64,000 bases of DNA from Candidatus Latescibacterota bacterium (GCA_965217865.1 CBDCJO010000002.1:3808001-3872000); one strand, 5' to 3'; counted from the stretch's first letter, positions 29,682-40,678 are shown. Notes: a model not told the origin generated them from the letters alone. A program made the numbers and translations.

Positions 29682-31778
29682 TTACCAGAGTTTTTTGAGA
29701 AGACCTTCGGCTTTCTTCCGGGTCCTTTTTTTTGCCTGCGTTTTTAGGTCGAGGGTGACGACCGGTTTGTCCGTGGTGCCCCCAAAATGAATGCTGACAG
29801 GGATCGTGGTGCCAGATGGGCTTTTCTCTCCGAAGAAGGAACCCAGGACTTGTCCGATGTTGAGGCCCCCGACATTTAGGTGTTGGGCGGGCAGATCCAT
29901 GTCGATCGTTACGTCCAGGCTACCATCGAAACCCGCCGAGCCGTTTATGCGGCACGGGACGTCTGCCGCGGTCAGGGTGAGCTTTTGGAGGTAGACCCGT
30001 TCGTCCGAGACCCGAAAGCTTGTCTTGAGGGCCTTGATGGGAATTTCGTTGAAGTCCAGGAAGGAGAGCTGGGAGATGCCGGAGGCATTGTCTTTCAACC
30101 AGGTCCAGTTGACGATTTTACCTTCGGCCACGCCGCCAGTGCCGTCGGCCGAGATTTCCTTTTCGATTAGGGTGAGGGTGGAGTCGATTACCCCGGTCAT
30201 CTTCATGGCGAGACTCATGCTCCCCTGAAGCGGAAGGGGCAGTCCGAAAAAGTTTTTAAGCACGCCATCGGAGTTGGAACCGGCAAGCTTCAAGTCGGCC
30301 CTGACCGGAAGGGTTCCGTGCGGCTTCCGCGCGTCCACGTCGATCTTCCCGGTGAGCGCACCACCGTAGATCCGTCCGGTGATATCTTTCAGCGAGAGGC
30401 GCCGATTCTTCGCGGTGACCGTCGCCTTGAGGTCGCGAAGAACGGCCCCGCTTTTCACCTCTTTCGCTGCGATGCTCCCGCGGGCGTCGATATCCCGGAC
30501 CAGCAGGAGCAGGGGTGATGTTTCGTCCGCGTATGATGCGGCGTAAGCCGGAACGGTGAGGGACCATTCGTCGCGTTCCAGCCGGGCGGTCGATTTCGGA
30601 GGATCAGCGGGCAGCATTTCATCGAGATCGAGAAGGTTCGAGTTTAAGGTGAAGCTGAGAAAAGGGCGTCCTTCGGCGAAGATAACCTCCGTGAGACCGG
30701 AAAGGCGACCTGTCCCGGAGAGGTCTGATCGCCCGGCCTTTGCGCGTAGCTCTTCAATGCTCAGGACGTTTTCAGCCGCGCGGATACGGATGACGCCGTG
30801 TTCCAGAGGAACGAGAAGGTCCGGGGTCTTCACGGTGAGGTGGGTGACGGCGATCGATCCTGTGAGGTCGGGGAATGCGGGGGGACTGGCTTCCGGGGCA
30901 AAAGGCCCTTGCAGCGACGCGGAGGCGGAGATTATCCCATCAGCGACTACGCCATCCGGCGAGGACCATTCCAAGTTGTCTTTGGCGTTCCGGAGCTCAA
31001 GAGAAAGGTCCGGCACTCCGGAGACGTTCCGGATCATGCCGTTCATCTCGATTTCGAGCGGACCGGAGCTCACACGTACGGACTCGACGGTGATTTTGTC
31101 GGATTTCGGGTCGAGAGATATCCGGTGAGAGAGGGAGAATCCGGCGGCCGAGGTCTCGCCCCCTCCGGGATCGATGGTGACGATATCGGCAATGGAGGCA
31201 CGGCCCTTCAGCTTAAGCGCATCGCCTTCGAGGGCGATGTCGAGCCGGTAGTCGATCTTATCGAGGCGCGTGACAATCCCGGTCCGGCGATCCTCCTGCC
31301 GCATCGATCCGTTGATGACTTCGAGCCGTTCGATCGGGAGGACAGGTGCGCTGACCCCGCTTTTTTCCGATTCCTTTGGCTCCGACTTGATCAGGTCCTC
31401 ATAGTTCGCTTCGCCTTTTTCGTTTACGACGATTGAGATACCGGGCTTTTCGATTCGAATCGTGCCGAGTTCAGGCTCGCTTGTGAGCAGTGAAAACAAT
31501 GGGATCGACACACCCGCGTGGCGGGAAGCGAGAAACGGGTCCGAGCCGAAGCCTTCTCGGTCATCGATTCGCAGCCCGTCGATCGATGCGCTGAGCCCGC
31601 CCCAGAGGCTGAGGCCGATGTCGTCGAGTTGAACCCTCCGTTGGAGGGCTTCTTCGATTCGGGGAACGATCAGGGCTCGGAGGCGATCGGGGGTGAGGTA
31701 AAGGTACAGGCCGAGGACTATCAGGAAGCATAGGGCGAACAGAACGATGATGGCTGTCAGGAGGAGTTTTTGTTTCAT
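29682..31778 (-). CDS. AsmA-family protein
   Basis: N-terminal TM (MKQKLLL.. at 31778), IEEALQRRV, GEANYEDL, LDLDEML, YGGALTG, GSAGFDGSLD. Confidence 0.85.
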   Translation of the reverse strand: MKQKLLLTAIIVLFALCFLIVLGLYLYLTPDRLRALIVPRIEEALQRRVQLDDIGLSLWGGLSASIDGLRIDDREGFGSDPFLASRHAGVSIPLFSLLTSEPELGTIRIEKPGISIVVNEKGEANYEDLIKSEPKESEKSGVSAPVLPIERLEVINGSMRQEDRRTGIVTRLDKIDYRLDIALEGDALKLKGRASIADIVTIDPGGGETSAAGFSLSHRISLDPKSDKITVESVRVSSGPLEIEMNGMIRNVSGVPDLSLELRNAKDNLEWSSPDGVVADGIISASASLQGPFAPEASPPAFPDLTGSIAVTHLTVKTPDLLVPLEHGVIRIRAAENVLSIEELRAKAGRSDLSGTGRLSGLTEVIFAEGRPFLSFTLNSNLLDLDEMLPADPPKSTARLERDEWSLTVPAYAASYADETSPLLLLVRDIDARGSIAAKEVKSGAVLRDLKATVTAKNRRLSLKDITGRIYGGALTGKIDVDARKPHGTLPVRADLKLAGSNSDGVLKNFFGLPLPLQGSMSLAMKMTGVIDSTLTLIEKEISADGTGGVAEGKIVNWTWLKDNASGISQLSFLDFNEIPIKALKTSFRVSDERVYLQKLTLTAADVPCRINGSAGFDGSLDVTIDMDLPAQHLNVGGLNIGQVLGSFFGEKSPSGTTIPVSIHFGGTTDKPVVTLDLKTQAKKRTRKKAEGLLKKLW

Positions 31779-31858
31779 ATTATTGATTCTTTGGAATGCA
31801 AAAAGGGAGTCCCATCCCGTCGTGAGGAGATCTCCCCCCTTGAGCCTTGGACACCTGA

Positions 31859-32879
31859 TTATCTCCAGTCGAGCAAGACACCTGTATAGGTCCCGGGGTC
31901 GTTGAGCAGTCCATCGTAAGCCTGCTTGATCGAGGATGGTTTCAGGCGATGCGAGATAAGCGGCCCGACCTTTAGCTCTCCCCGCTGGATCCAGTCGAAG
32001 ATCATCCGTTGTTTGCTGTACTGTGAGACGTTGTCGTCGGCCGACGGATACATCGGAAGGCACCACTCCAGGGCGCCCCTGATCGTGATCAGGCGGAGAT
32101 GGGCATCCGAGAGAAGCTCGGTGAGGTTGCCCTGAACCGGGACGCGTGGGGTACCCAGCAGGATGATCTGGCCGTACTGAGCCGTGGCCTTCAGGGCCTG
32201 CATCACGACGCGGCTGTCCCCGACGGCATCGACCGTGATATTCCCCATCCGGCCTTCCGTCATCCTTCGTATTTCCGTCAGGACTGTTTCTGCTTCACCG
32301 CCGACGGTCTCCGGGATTCCGGAACGTTCGGCGAGTTTTCGCCTAGCTTCGACGGGATCAACGCCGATGACGCGGCAGCCCTTTATCCGGAACGCCTGGG
32401 CTGCAAGGTTGCCGACCATCCCGAGCCCGAAGACGATGACCCACGGATTGTCCCGAATTTCAGCGAGGATGATACCGGTTGCGGCAACGCCTGCCATTCG
32501 AGACCCCGCAGCTATTTCGGGATCGATGTTTTCAGGTACCGGAATGACTAGTCGAGAAGTGTCATATCGCAGCGCGGAGGCGTGTTTGCCGTAGGTGAAG
32601 ACCCGTTGGCCGGACGAAGACCCGCGTCGCCCCATGACCCACGGATCGGACGATCCCGACGTTCGCGAAACCCGAAGGCGAGGGATACGCACACCACGTT
32701 CCGGGCTGAAAGACCTTCGGTTCTTTTCCTGTGTAGTTGGCCAGCTCCGTTCCGGTGCTGATGAAGGAGCACTCGGTATCGATAAGGATTTCGTTCGGCC
32801 CGAGATTCCCCTCGTCGATCTCCGCTGTCTGCAGTTCGACCTGGTTCTGGCCGGTGACGACAACGTGTTTGATTTTCAC
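31859..32879 (-). CDS. zinc-type/MDR alcohol dehydrogenase, frameshift near 32615
   Basis: CSFISTGTEL (32562-32879 frame) joins GQRVFTYGKH..GLGMVG..DAVG..LISHR (31859 frame). Confidence 0.85.
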
Positions 32880-32917
32880 ACGGCTCTCAGGGGGTATGGT
32901 AAGAATATGATCGGAGG

Positions 32918-33940
32918 CTACGGAACCGGGGCGTCTTCGTGCAACAGCCCCTCGCTTTTCAACTCCGACCAGAGATCCGCTGGGATGGATTGGCGGAACA
33001 GTTTTATATTTGCCTGGACATGGTCAGGGGAAAGCGCGCCTGGGATTATCGCGGCTACGATGGGATGCGCGAGCGGGAACTGCATCGCTGCCGCGGCCAG
33101 GGGCGTATTGTGGCGTTTGCACACGGCTTCGATTCGCCGGGTCTTCTTCAAGATTCCGTCTGATGCGGGTTCATAGGCGTAATATGCGCCTTCTATCGGT
33201 CCTGTCGCGAGAATTCCCGAGGCGAATACAGCGCCGATAACGCCCCCGACATTCCGATCCGCGCATTTTGGGAACTCTTCACCAAGGACATCCTGGTTCA
33301 ACAGGGTGTAGGGGATTGCGACGATGAAAAGGTCCAGGTCGACCATATCCAGAAATCGCGGGATCATGCCCAACTCGTTTATGCCCGCCCCCACGCCCTT
33401 TATTTGCCCGCTCGAGCGAAGTTCGTGGAGTGCCCGCCATCCACTGGTAAACAATTGTCCCAAATACGCGTTGACCCGGGCTTCGGTCTTGTGAAACCAG
33501 AAGTCGAGATCGTGGATGAGGAGCAAGTCGACGGATTGCAAACCGAGGCGCTGCAGGCTGTCTTCATAGGAACGCATGATGCCGTCATAGCTGTAGTCAT
33601 AATCGAATTCAAAGGGGAGACCTCCTGCCCAGAATCCGCCATCGAACGCATCCAGGTCTCGTGTGGGCTTGAGAACGCGGCCGACTTTTGTTGAAATCAC
33701 GAAGTCCTGTCTGGATTGTTGACGAAGAAAATGTCCTAATCGATGTTCGCTCCGGCCGTACCCATAGAAGGGGGCGGTGTCGAAATAGCGAACGCCAACA
33801 TCCCACGCGGCCTGCAATGTTCTCTGCGCCTGTTCTTCGCTGATTGTCTCAAACAGGTTTCCAAGGGGTGCGCACCCAAATCCCAATTGGGTGACGACGG
33901 CATCTGATTTTCCTATTTTGGACTTTTTTATTTCAGGCAT
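32918..33940 (-). CDS. aldo/keto reductase (D-threo-aldose/L-fucose dehydrogenase-like)
   Basis: LGFGCAPLGNL, FDTAPFYG, STKVGR, DYSYDG..SLQRLG, LIHD. Confidence 0.93.
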   Translation of the reverse strand: MPEIKKSKIGKSDAVVTQLGFGCAPLGNLFETISEEQAQRTLQAAWDVGVRYFDTAPFYGYGRSEHRLGHFLRQQSRQDFVISTKVGRVLKPTRDLDAFDGGFWAGGLPFEFDYDYSYDGIMRSYEDSLQRLGLQSVDLLLIHDLDFWFHKTEARVNAYLGQLFTSGWRALHELRSSGQIKGVGAGINELGMIPRFLDMVDLDLFIVAIPYTLLNQDVLGEEFPKCADRNVGGVIGAVFASGILATGPIEGAYYAYEPASDGILKKTRRIEAVCKRHNTPLAAAAMQFPLAHPIVAAIIPGALSPDHVQANIKLFRQSIPADLWSELKSEGLLHEDAPVP

Positions 33941-34048
33941 TGAAAATTGCTCCTATTCAAGAGCGGTTCAAACAGCCCAGGCAATGTGCAAAACTTGCAG
34001 GATGTGATCTGGTGTTAACGAGCTTAAAGCCCCTTTGGAATTTGTCGA

Positions 34049-34378
34049 TCACTTTGCCGGAAGCGACAGGACGAATTCGAGAGCCCGATCGACCCAGGCC
34101 TGTATATCTTCATCGGATTCGAAGCCGTCCGATCCGACGTATACAAAGCCTTTCAATGGTTTCCCGGTGAAATCCATCTTTCGGGTGTGCGGCTGCGTCA
34201 GTGCGGTTTCATGCCCTTCGGGGCCGACCCTCACCATCAGCTCCTCTCCGATTACGCCGCAGCACATGTTCCCCCGCACCATGAAGGCAAGTCCGCCGAA
34301 CATCTTTTTCTCGACGACGTTCGACTGACGCGGAAGGGATTCACGGACTCGCTGTGCCACACCGTCATCGTATGCCAT
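34049..34378 (-). CDS. TfoX/Sxy N-terminal domain protein
   Basis: EKKMFGGLAFMVRGNMCCG, MDFTGKPLKGFVYV. Confidence 0.9.
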   Translation of the reverse strand: MAYDDGVAQRVRESLPRQSNVVEKKMFGGLAFMVRGNMCCGVIGEELMVRVGPEGHETALTQPHTRKMDFTGKPLKGFVYVGSDGFESDEDIQAWVDRALEFVLSLPAK

Positions 34379-34381
34379 TCG

Positions 34382-35482
34382 TCATTCCTCAACGGGGGGG
34401 AGAGACTCGAATTCCGCCAGCGGTGCCATGTACACGTTACAATAACCCTCGCGGTCGGATGTGAAAACCACGTTCTTTCCGTCGGGCGAGATCCTCGGGT
34501 GGGGATGGGCTTGTTGAATGTGCATGGATGAGTCGTGCCGGCAAAGGACGCGAGGCCCAGAGTAACGCCCATTCTCCCATTTCCACGTGCGGATCACCCC
34601 GTCCCCGTCCCCCACGATGACATTTTCATCGTGCGAGAAGATGTGTCCTGTCTGTCCGGGAAAATCGGCCTCGAATCGATCGGTGTCGTCGTAACGAACC
34701 CGGCCCAGGATCGGCCTTCCGTCCACTCGCCCCCCGTGGTATCCGATGCGGACACCGTCCGCATACCAGTACTCGTGGCCGACCCGTTCTCCCTCGGATG
34801 TGGGCCGGATCTTCCACGCTTTTCCGGTTGTGGGTTCAAGCCCCCAGATCCTGCAGTCGACTCGGTCCCAGGGACCTTCGTGGCAGAAGGTCAGAAGGTT
34901 GTCACGCACCGGCGATGTGTTGACGTGTCCGATCCAGTATTTCTCCTCGTATGAGACTCGTCCCCCGCTTCCGTCCGTGGCGACCTCGAGGATCTGGCTT
35001 AAGGGTTTCGCCTCCCAAATCTCAGCAAATCCGACGTAGCCTCTGAGCAGGTCCTCCCACGTCCCGCAGTAAACGTATCGGCCATCCGCTGAGCAGTTCG
35101 TCATGGAAACGCACCAGCGGGGATCGATCTCATACAGGACGCGGGTCCCCCCGGCGATCAGGTCCAGGGCAAGCAATCTCAAGTCGTGCCAGAAGTAAAC
35201 CTCCTCCCGGACGGGGTTCTTGCAAGCCCTAAGAAATTCGAGTTCCCGGGGCGGGGGAACGGGCTCGAGGTCCGTGAGTTGCTCGATGTGTCCCGTAACC
35301 AGATCCACGCCGAAGAGATTCGTCCGGTTGTTCCGGTCGGAACTGATGAGCAACTTCCGCCCCCTGTCATACCATCCCGGATTCGTGAAATAGAAGTGAT
35401 GGCTGTGCCCCTTGTAGTCCGTGAATTGGGTCACTTCGACGCCGGAACAGGCATCCTTAACGATTCGCATTTCCAGCGACAT
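34382..35482 (-). CDS. oligogalacturonate lyase-family beta-propeller protein
   Basis: H.YFTNPGW, IGHVN, FCHEGPW, GHEYW, HPHPRISPDG..FTSD. Confidence 0.88.
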   Translation of the reverse strand: MSLEMRIVKDACSGVEVTQFTDYKGHSHHFYFTNPGWYDRGRKLLISSDRNNRTNLFGVDLVTGHIEQLTDLEPVPPPRELEFLRACKNPVREEVYFWHDLRLLALDLIAGGTRVLYEIDPRWCVSMTNCSADGRYVYCGTWEDLLRGYVGFAEIWEAKPLSQILEVATDGSGGRVSYEEKYWIGHVNTSPVRDNLLTFCHEGPWDRVDCRIWGLEPTTGKAWKIRPTSEGERVGHEYWYADGVRIGYHGGRVDGRPILGRVRYDDTDRFEADFPGQTGHIFSHDENVIVGDGDGVIRTWKWENGRYSGPRVLCRHDSSMHIQQAHPHPRISPDGKNVVFTSDREGYCNVYMAPLAEFESLPPVEE

Positions 35483-35695
35483 TTCAAACTCCCGAACTGA
35501 TCTCAAGAAGGGTAAAGCAGGTTGACCGGCCTGACAGGTTCACTTCCGAACCCTAAAAATATAACGCTGTGCGGCAATGAGGCAATGTTTATATAGGAGT
35601 ACGGTGACCGAAACATAAAAAAGGCAACCGCGCCCGTATTCCAGCGGAACAGCTGCCTTGGTGATGAGGTCTCGAACTGGTGTCGATGGAAGATC

Positions 35696-36826
35696 TTATT
35701 CTCCCGAGTCTCCATTTCCACGGGGTGAAATCCCCGTATCGTGGTCCACATATTTCCAGATGTCGTCTTCATAGCCCAGCAAGATTTTCAGGATTCCCCG
35801 TCTTCCGACGATGATGCGGGCGTCGGCCGTGGAACCGAGTGGGGGAGGGACGACGGCATTGTTTATCTTGACTTTGATCTCGAACGTTCGCTCCCCCCGG
35901 TCGTCGACCCCGTAGGGATAGGTCTGGATCACTTCGCCGGTTGAGAGGAATTCCTCCCGGTCCATAAAGACATTGCTCAGGATCTGGACGGGCTGGCCTC
36001 GTCTGACCTTCCAGACATTGATCTCCTTGATCCAGGCCCTGAGGATGGAACCCTCACCGCGGGCGATGATCATGACGATGTCTCCCTGGTCCGCTACCAT
36101 GCCGGGATGGACATCGACGCGGACGACGATCCCGTCCTCAGGGGCCTTGAGGGTCGTACCTTCGAGGATATTCCGGGCGAGTTCCAGAGTGTGCTGGGCT
36201 TTGACAAGAGATGCCCGGGAGGCCTCCACTTCCGCGTCGGCCTCCTTGATCTTGGCGATCGAGGTCCCCAACTGTACGGCCTTGAGGTTTTCCACGGAAA
36301 TTTCGTGCACGGATTTTGCGAGTTCGAAGCGGGTCCTTGCGGTTTCCTCCTCGGATCGGGTGATGAGTTCTCTTGCCCAAAGGTTATCCGTTCGGCGAAG
36401 TTTCTGAAGCTCTGCGTCGAAGTTGATCTTCGCCGATCGGACCCGGGCTTCCGCCATTCGGACCTCCTCGGGTAGGGGCTGCGCTTTGAGGTGCTCGAGC
36501 CTCGCCTTTGCCATTTCGAGATTGGCATCCGCGTACCGGACCTCATCTTCTGCCGTTACCACGTCTGAGATCAAGTCGGCATCCTCGAGCTGGGCGATGG
36601 TCTGACCCTTTTTGATCTGAGTACCTTCATAAGCGTGAATTTTCTTCACGACGCGCTTGAACGGGGCGTCGATATAGATCTTTCCCTCGGGTTCCACAAC
36701 GCCCGTGGCCATCACGACATCGTCCATCGGGATCGTCCAGAGGACCGCAAGTATGATGGCGATCGCGGTAACGATTCCGATGGCCCATTTCGGCCATTTG
36801 GGGAATGTCTTTCTTCTTCCCATCAT
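35696..36826 (-). CDS. HlyD-family secretion/efflux adaptor
   Basis: N-terminal TM, VMATGVVEP, long coiled coil, LKAPEDGIV, PLGSTADARI. Confidence 0.88.
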   Translation of the reverse strand: MMGRRKTFPKWPKWAIGIVTAIAIILAVLWTIPMDDVVMATGVVEPEGKIYIDAPFKRVVKKIHAYEGTQIKKGQTIAQLEDADLISDVVTAEDEVRYADANLEMAKARLEHLKAQPLPEEVRMAEARVRSAKINFDAELQKLRRTDNLWARELITRSEEETARTRFELAKSVHEISVENLKAVQLGTSIAKIKEADAEVEASRASLVKAQHTLELARNILEGTTLKAPEDGIVVRVDVHPGMVADQGDIVMIIARGEGSILRAWIKEINVWKVRRGQPVQILSNVFMDREEFLSTGEVIQTYPYGVDDRGERTFEIKVKINNAVVPPPLGSTADARIIVGRRGILKILLGYEDDIWKYVDHDTGISPRGNGDSGE

Positions 36827-36853
36827 AGGATATTTCTTCCGTTCAGATCCGGT

Positions 36854-38791
36854 TCAAGCCGCCACGATTCTCTTCTGCCTTTTCGCCTCCTCCGGGGGGG
36901 ACTTGAGGTCCAAGAACCGGATCTGCGATTCGAAGAGCTCGTAGAAGGCCCCCCGTTCCAGGACCAGTTTGTCGTAGGTCCCCTGTTCGACAAGCCGCCC
37001 AGCCTTCAACACAAGGATGAGGTCCGCTTCACGGCACATGGCCACCTTCTGGGTGACCACAAAGGTCGTCCGGTGAAGCGCCATCCGCTCCACGGTCCTC
37101 CTGACGCGTCCCTCGGTCTCAGCATCCAGGGCCGACGTGGTGTCGTCAAGGATCAGGACCGAGGGATTCGTGATCATCGTCATGGCCATGGACATCCGCT
37201 GCTTCTGTCCGCCTGAAAGCGAGACCCCTTCTTCCCCGATCTCGGTCTCGTAGGTTTTCGGCAGCGAAGAGATAAAATCGTGCAGCTCCGCCTGTTTGGA
37301 CGCCTCCTCGACATCCTGGTGCGATGCCTTCGGGAGGCCGTACCGGATGTTGGAATCCATGGTCCCTGAGAAGAGGATCGGCTCCTGGGGAACGACCCTG
37401 ACGTGATTCCGGAGCGATTCCAGGTTGATGTCCCTAATGTCCTCGCCGTCGAGGGTGATCCGGCCTTCGGTCGGGTCGTAGAGCCTGGGGAGCAGATTAA
37501 CCAGTGAGCTTTTGCCGGCCCCCGATTCCCCCACGACGCACACCATGGATCCCGGCATCACGGCGAAACTGACATCCCTGAGGGTATCGTCCGGGGCACC
37601 CTCGTAGCGGAGTGTGACGTGCCTGAAGATCACCTCGCCGTATACCTCCTCCATGTCGATCCCTTCTTCGGGGTCTTCGATTCGGATCTCCTCGTCCAGG
37701 ACCTCGAACACCCGCGTCAGCGCCGTCATGACCACCTGTATGGATACGTTCATGTCCGAGAGGGCTACGATCGGCCTGAACAGAAGGCCCATGGAGCCAT
37801 AGAAGAAGAGAAAATTACCCAGGGTCATCGCACCTTCCCGCATGGCGACGATCCCGAGATATACCACGACCGTGGTCCCGATCCCGCTGATCAAGCCGCA
37901 GAGCGTGCCCAGAAAGGTACCCAGGACGGCTCTCCTGTTCAGGGTTCGAAGATAGTTCGAGAGTTTGCTGAAGAAGCGAAGGGTCTCCTGGCCCTCCCGG
38001 GCGAAGGCTTTAACGACGCGGACACCGTTCAAATTATCGCTGATCGCCCCATAGACATCGGCGTTTCTTTCCCGAACGGCCTTATTGACCGCGCGGATTC
38101 GGCTTTTGAAAATCCGGTAGGTGATGGCATAGAACGGAAGCGTGCAGAAGGCCACGAACGACATATCCGCGTTGATGTTCAGCAGAATCAATGTCCCGAT
38201 CAGAAGCATCGTGATGTTCGACACCAAGCTGATGAAGACATCCGAGACGCTGGATTGCACGACATCAACGTCGTCCATCACACGGGCCATGATCTTCCCC
38301 GTGTCCTGGCGGTCGAAGTATGAAAGCTGGAGCTTCTGGAGTTTGTCGTAAACCTGCTTTCGAAGGTTGTAGACCAGATCCTCCCCGACCTTAGCGATCG
38401 TGGCGGAGTAGCCCCATTGGAGGAACGCAAAGAAGATCCGAACGAAGATGAAGCTGATGAATATCCACTTGACAAGGTAGAGCTTTTCGGCCTGGGCGCG
38501 CATGGCCGGAGGCCGTTCCCCTCTGACTGCACCAGGCCTTGCCCGATCGTCTCGGATCGTGCGTCTCGTACGATCCGTGCCTCTTTTGAACCGTTCATCC
38601 GAAGGGATGCCCCCCGAGATTATCTCTTCCCCGGACGTACGGATCTGGAGGACGTGATCCACCATCGTCATGCTCAGGAATCCGAGGGTAAAGGAGGATG
38701 TGGAAGAGACCTGTGCCGCCATCAGGGCGAGGAGGATCCACTTCCATTGAGGTTTCAGATAGTTCTTAAAGAGACGACCGAGTTTATTCAT
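36854..38791 (-). CDS. ABC exporter, fused permease/ATPase (ABCB type)
   Basis: TMD plus GESGAGKS, LSGGQKQR and degenerate Walker B ILDDTTSALD, with Q in place of the H-loop His (VTQK). Confidence 0.95.
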   Translation of the reverse strand: MNKLGRLFKNYLKPQWKWILLALMAAQVSSTSSFTLGFLSMTMVDHVLQIRTSGEEIISGGIPSDERFKRGTDRTRRTIRDDRARPGAVRGERPPAMRAQAEKLYLVKWIFISFIFVRIFFAFLQWGYSATIAKVGEDLVYNLRKQVYDKLQKLQLSYFDRQDTGKIMARVMDDVDVVQSSVSDVFISLVSNITMLLIGTLILLNINADMSFVAFCTLPFYAITYRIFKSRIRAVNKAVRERNADVYGAISDNLNGVRVVKAFAREGQETLRFFSKLSNYLRTLNRRAVLGTFLGTLCGLISGIGTTVVVYLGIVAMREGAMTLGNFLFFYGSMGLLFRPIVALSDMNVSIQVVMTALTRVFEVLDEEIRIEDPEEGIDMEEVYGEVIFRHVTLRYEGAPDDTLRDVSFAVMPGSMVCVVGESGAGKSSLVNLLPRLYDPTEGRITLDGEDIRDINLESLRNHVRVVPQEPILFSGTMDSNIRYGLPKASHQDVEEASKQAELHDFISSLPKTYETEIGEEGVSLSGGQKQRMSMAMTMITNPSVLILDDTTSALDAETEGRVRRTVERMALHRTTFVVTQKVAMCREADLILVLKAGRLVEQGTYDKLVLERGAFYELFESQIRFLDLKSPPEEAKRQKRIVAA

Positions 38792-38929
38792 AAAAAGGTT
38801 GTCGTGCCCCCGGTTTCAGAGTTGAGCGGAAAAAGGTGCCAACGGCAATGTTAAGAGAATAGCGGTAGACGAAGTGTGGTGGTCGGAGGATTGGGACCCT
38901 GATCCCCGGCCCCCGATATTCCACCCACT

Positions 38930-40678
38930 TCAAGCGGCTTCCTCCTGTCGGCCTCGAGAGAACTGCTCATCGTAGAGTTGACGGTAGGTCCCCCCGGGGT
39001 TCTCAAGGAGTTCCGTATTCGTACCCATCTCAACGATTTGTCCAGCCTCCATCGCCACGATCAGGTCCGCGTTGACGATCGTAGAAAGGCGGTGCGCGAT
39101 CACGAAGGACGTACGTTCCTTCATGACGTTATCGAGGGCCTTTTGTATGAGGGATTCCGATCTCGAGTCGAGTGAAGAGGTCGCCTCATCCAGGACGATG
39201 ATACCGGGGTTGGTGATCAGGGCCCGTGCGATCGACATCCTTTGCTTCTCTCCGACGGACAGCCTGATGCCTTCCTCTCCGCCGATTTTGGTGTCATAGC
39301 CTTCGGGTTTGCCTGCGATGAAATCGTGAATTTCGGAAATTTTCGCGATTCGGACCATCTCCGGGTCCTCCACTTCCTTCTTCCCGTAGCGAAGGTTCCC
39401 GCGGATCGTGGTGTTGAAGAGGATCGACTCCTGAAGGACCGCCCCGATTTGTCTCCGGAGGGACTTAAGCGTCACCTTTGATATGTCGTGTCCGTCGATA
39501 AGGATCTGGCCCGATTTGATATCGTAAAACCGCATCAGAAGGCTGGCCAGTGTCGTCTTGCCGCATCCGGTACGTCCCACAAGGGCGACCGTCGACCCGG
39601 GATCGATCTTGAGATTGATCCCCTTCAGGACGGGTTCGCCCGGGACGTACTCGAACCAGACGTCCCGGAACTCCACGTGCCCTTTGATGGGGGGGAGTTC
39701 GTAAGTGTCCGGGGCCTCTTTCACTTCCGGTTCTGCGTCCAGGACTTCGAAGACCCGATCCACGGAGACCGCGGTCTGCTGAAGCATGTTGGAGATAAAC
39801 GCAAATCTGAGCGCAGGCTGGATGACGCGAAAAACGAAGGCGCCGAATGCGGCGACATCACCGTAGGTCATCTTTCCCATGATGACCATATAGCATCCGA
39901 TGCAGTAAATCGTGGTATAGCCGAGACCGTTGATCATGTCCGAAACACCGGAGAAGCCCGCAGTCAACTTGGTGGCGTCCAGGGTTTCGTTCCGAACATC
40001 CCACGTGCCCTCGGAAAAAGCTTCTGATTCCATCTCTTCGTTCTGAAATGTTCGAACCAGTCGCGTACCCCTGATCCGCTCTTGCATGCTGTCGGCCACG
40101 TCATCCATCTTCTGCCACGCGGATTTATTTTTCTGGCGGATCCGCTTCATAAAGAAACGGTAATTGAGGTGGTAGAACGGGATGATGGTGAGTGTAATCA
40201 GGGCTAACTGCCAGCTGAAGTAGAAGAGCATCACGACGCCGACACAGAAGGAGATCAGGTCGTTCACGATGAAGATCGTTCGCGATGTGACCATTCTCTG
40301 GAGACGGCCGACGTCGCTGATGATCCGTTTCATCAGTTTTCCCGTCCCCATCGTCTCGAAAAATCGGAGGGAGAGTTGCTGGATATGCCGGAAGAGCTCG
40401 CCTCGAACGTTGAACACGAGGCGCTGGCCGATAAACGTGAGGATCAATCGATTCCAGAGATTCAGCCCTGCGGATTGAACGTTCATCACAAGCAACACCA
40501 GCAGGATCGCCGGTGCCATATCCCACTTTCCGGCTCCTACCACATCATCTATGATGTAGCGGATCACCAGGGGGGGGACCATTCCCAGAAGGGTCATGAT
40601 CACCGTGAGGAAGAGGGCCAAGAGGATCCGGCCCCGGAAAGGCCGGATGAAGCGGAGGATTTTCCAGAGGGAGCTCAT
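38930..40678 (-). CDS. ABC exporter, fused permease/ATPase (ABCB type)
   Basis: GRTGCGKT, degenerate signature LSVGEKQ, VLDEATSSLD, IAHRLST; ATG at 40678 after GAAGGA. Confidence 0.95.
   Translation of the reverse strand: MSSLWKILRFIRPFRGRILLALFLTVIMTLLGMVPPLVIRYIIDDVVGAGKWDMAPAILLVLLVMNVQSAGLNLWNRLILTFIGQRLVFNVRGELFRHIQQLSLRFFETMGTGKLMKRIISDVGRLQRMVTSRTIFIVNDLISFCVGVVMLFYFSWQLALITLTIIPFYHLNYRFFMKRIRQKNKSAWQKMDDVADSMQERIRGTRLVRTFQNEEMESEAFSEGTWDVRNETLDATKLTAGFSGVSDMINGLGYTTIYCIGCYMVIMGKMTYGDVAAFGAFVFRVIQPALRFAFISNMLQQTAVSVDRVFEVLDAEPEVKEAPDTYELPPIKGHVEFRDVWFEYVPGEPVLKGINLKIDPGSTVALVGRTGCGKTTLASLLMRFYDIKSGQILIDGHDISKVTLKSLRRQIGAVLQESILFNTTIRGNLRYGKKEVEDPEMVRIAKISEIHDFIAGKPEGYDTKIGGEEGIRLSVGEKQRMSIARALITNPGIIVLDEATSSLDSRSESLIQKALDNVMKERTSFVIAHRLSTIVNADLIVAMEAGQIVEMGTNTELLENPGGTYRQLYDEQFSRGRQEEAA

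Noticed and set aside
31779-32066. N-terminal extension of the AsmA ORF
   Set aside because: It overlaps the dehydrogenase 3' end; the signal anchor begins at ATG 31778.
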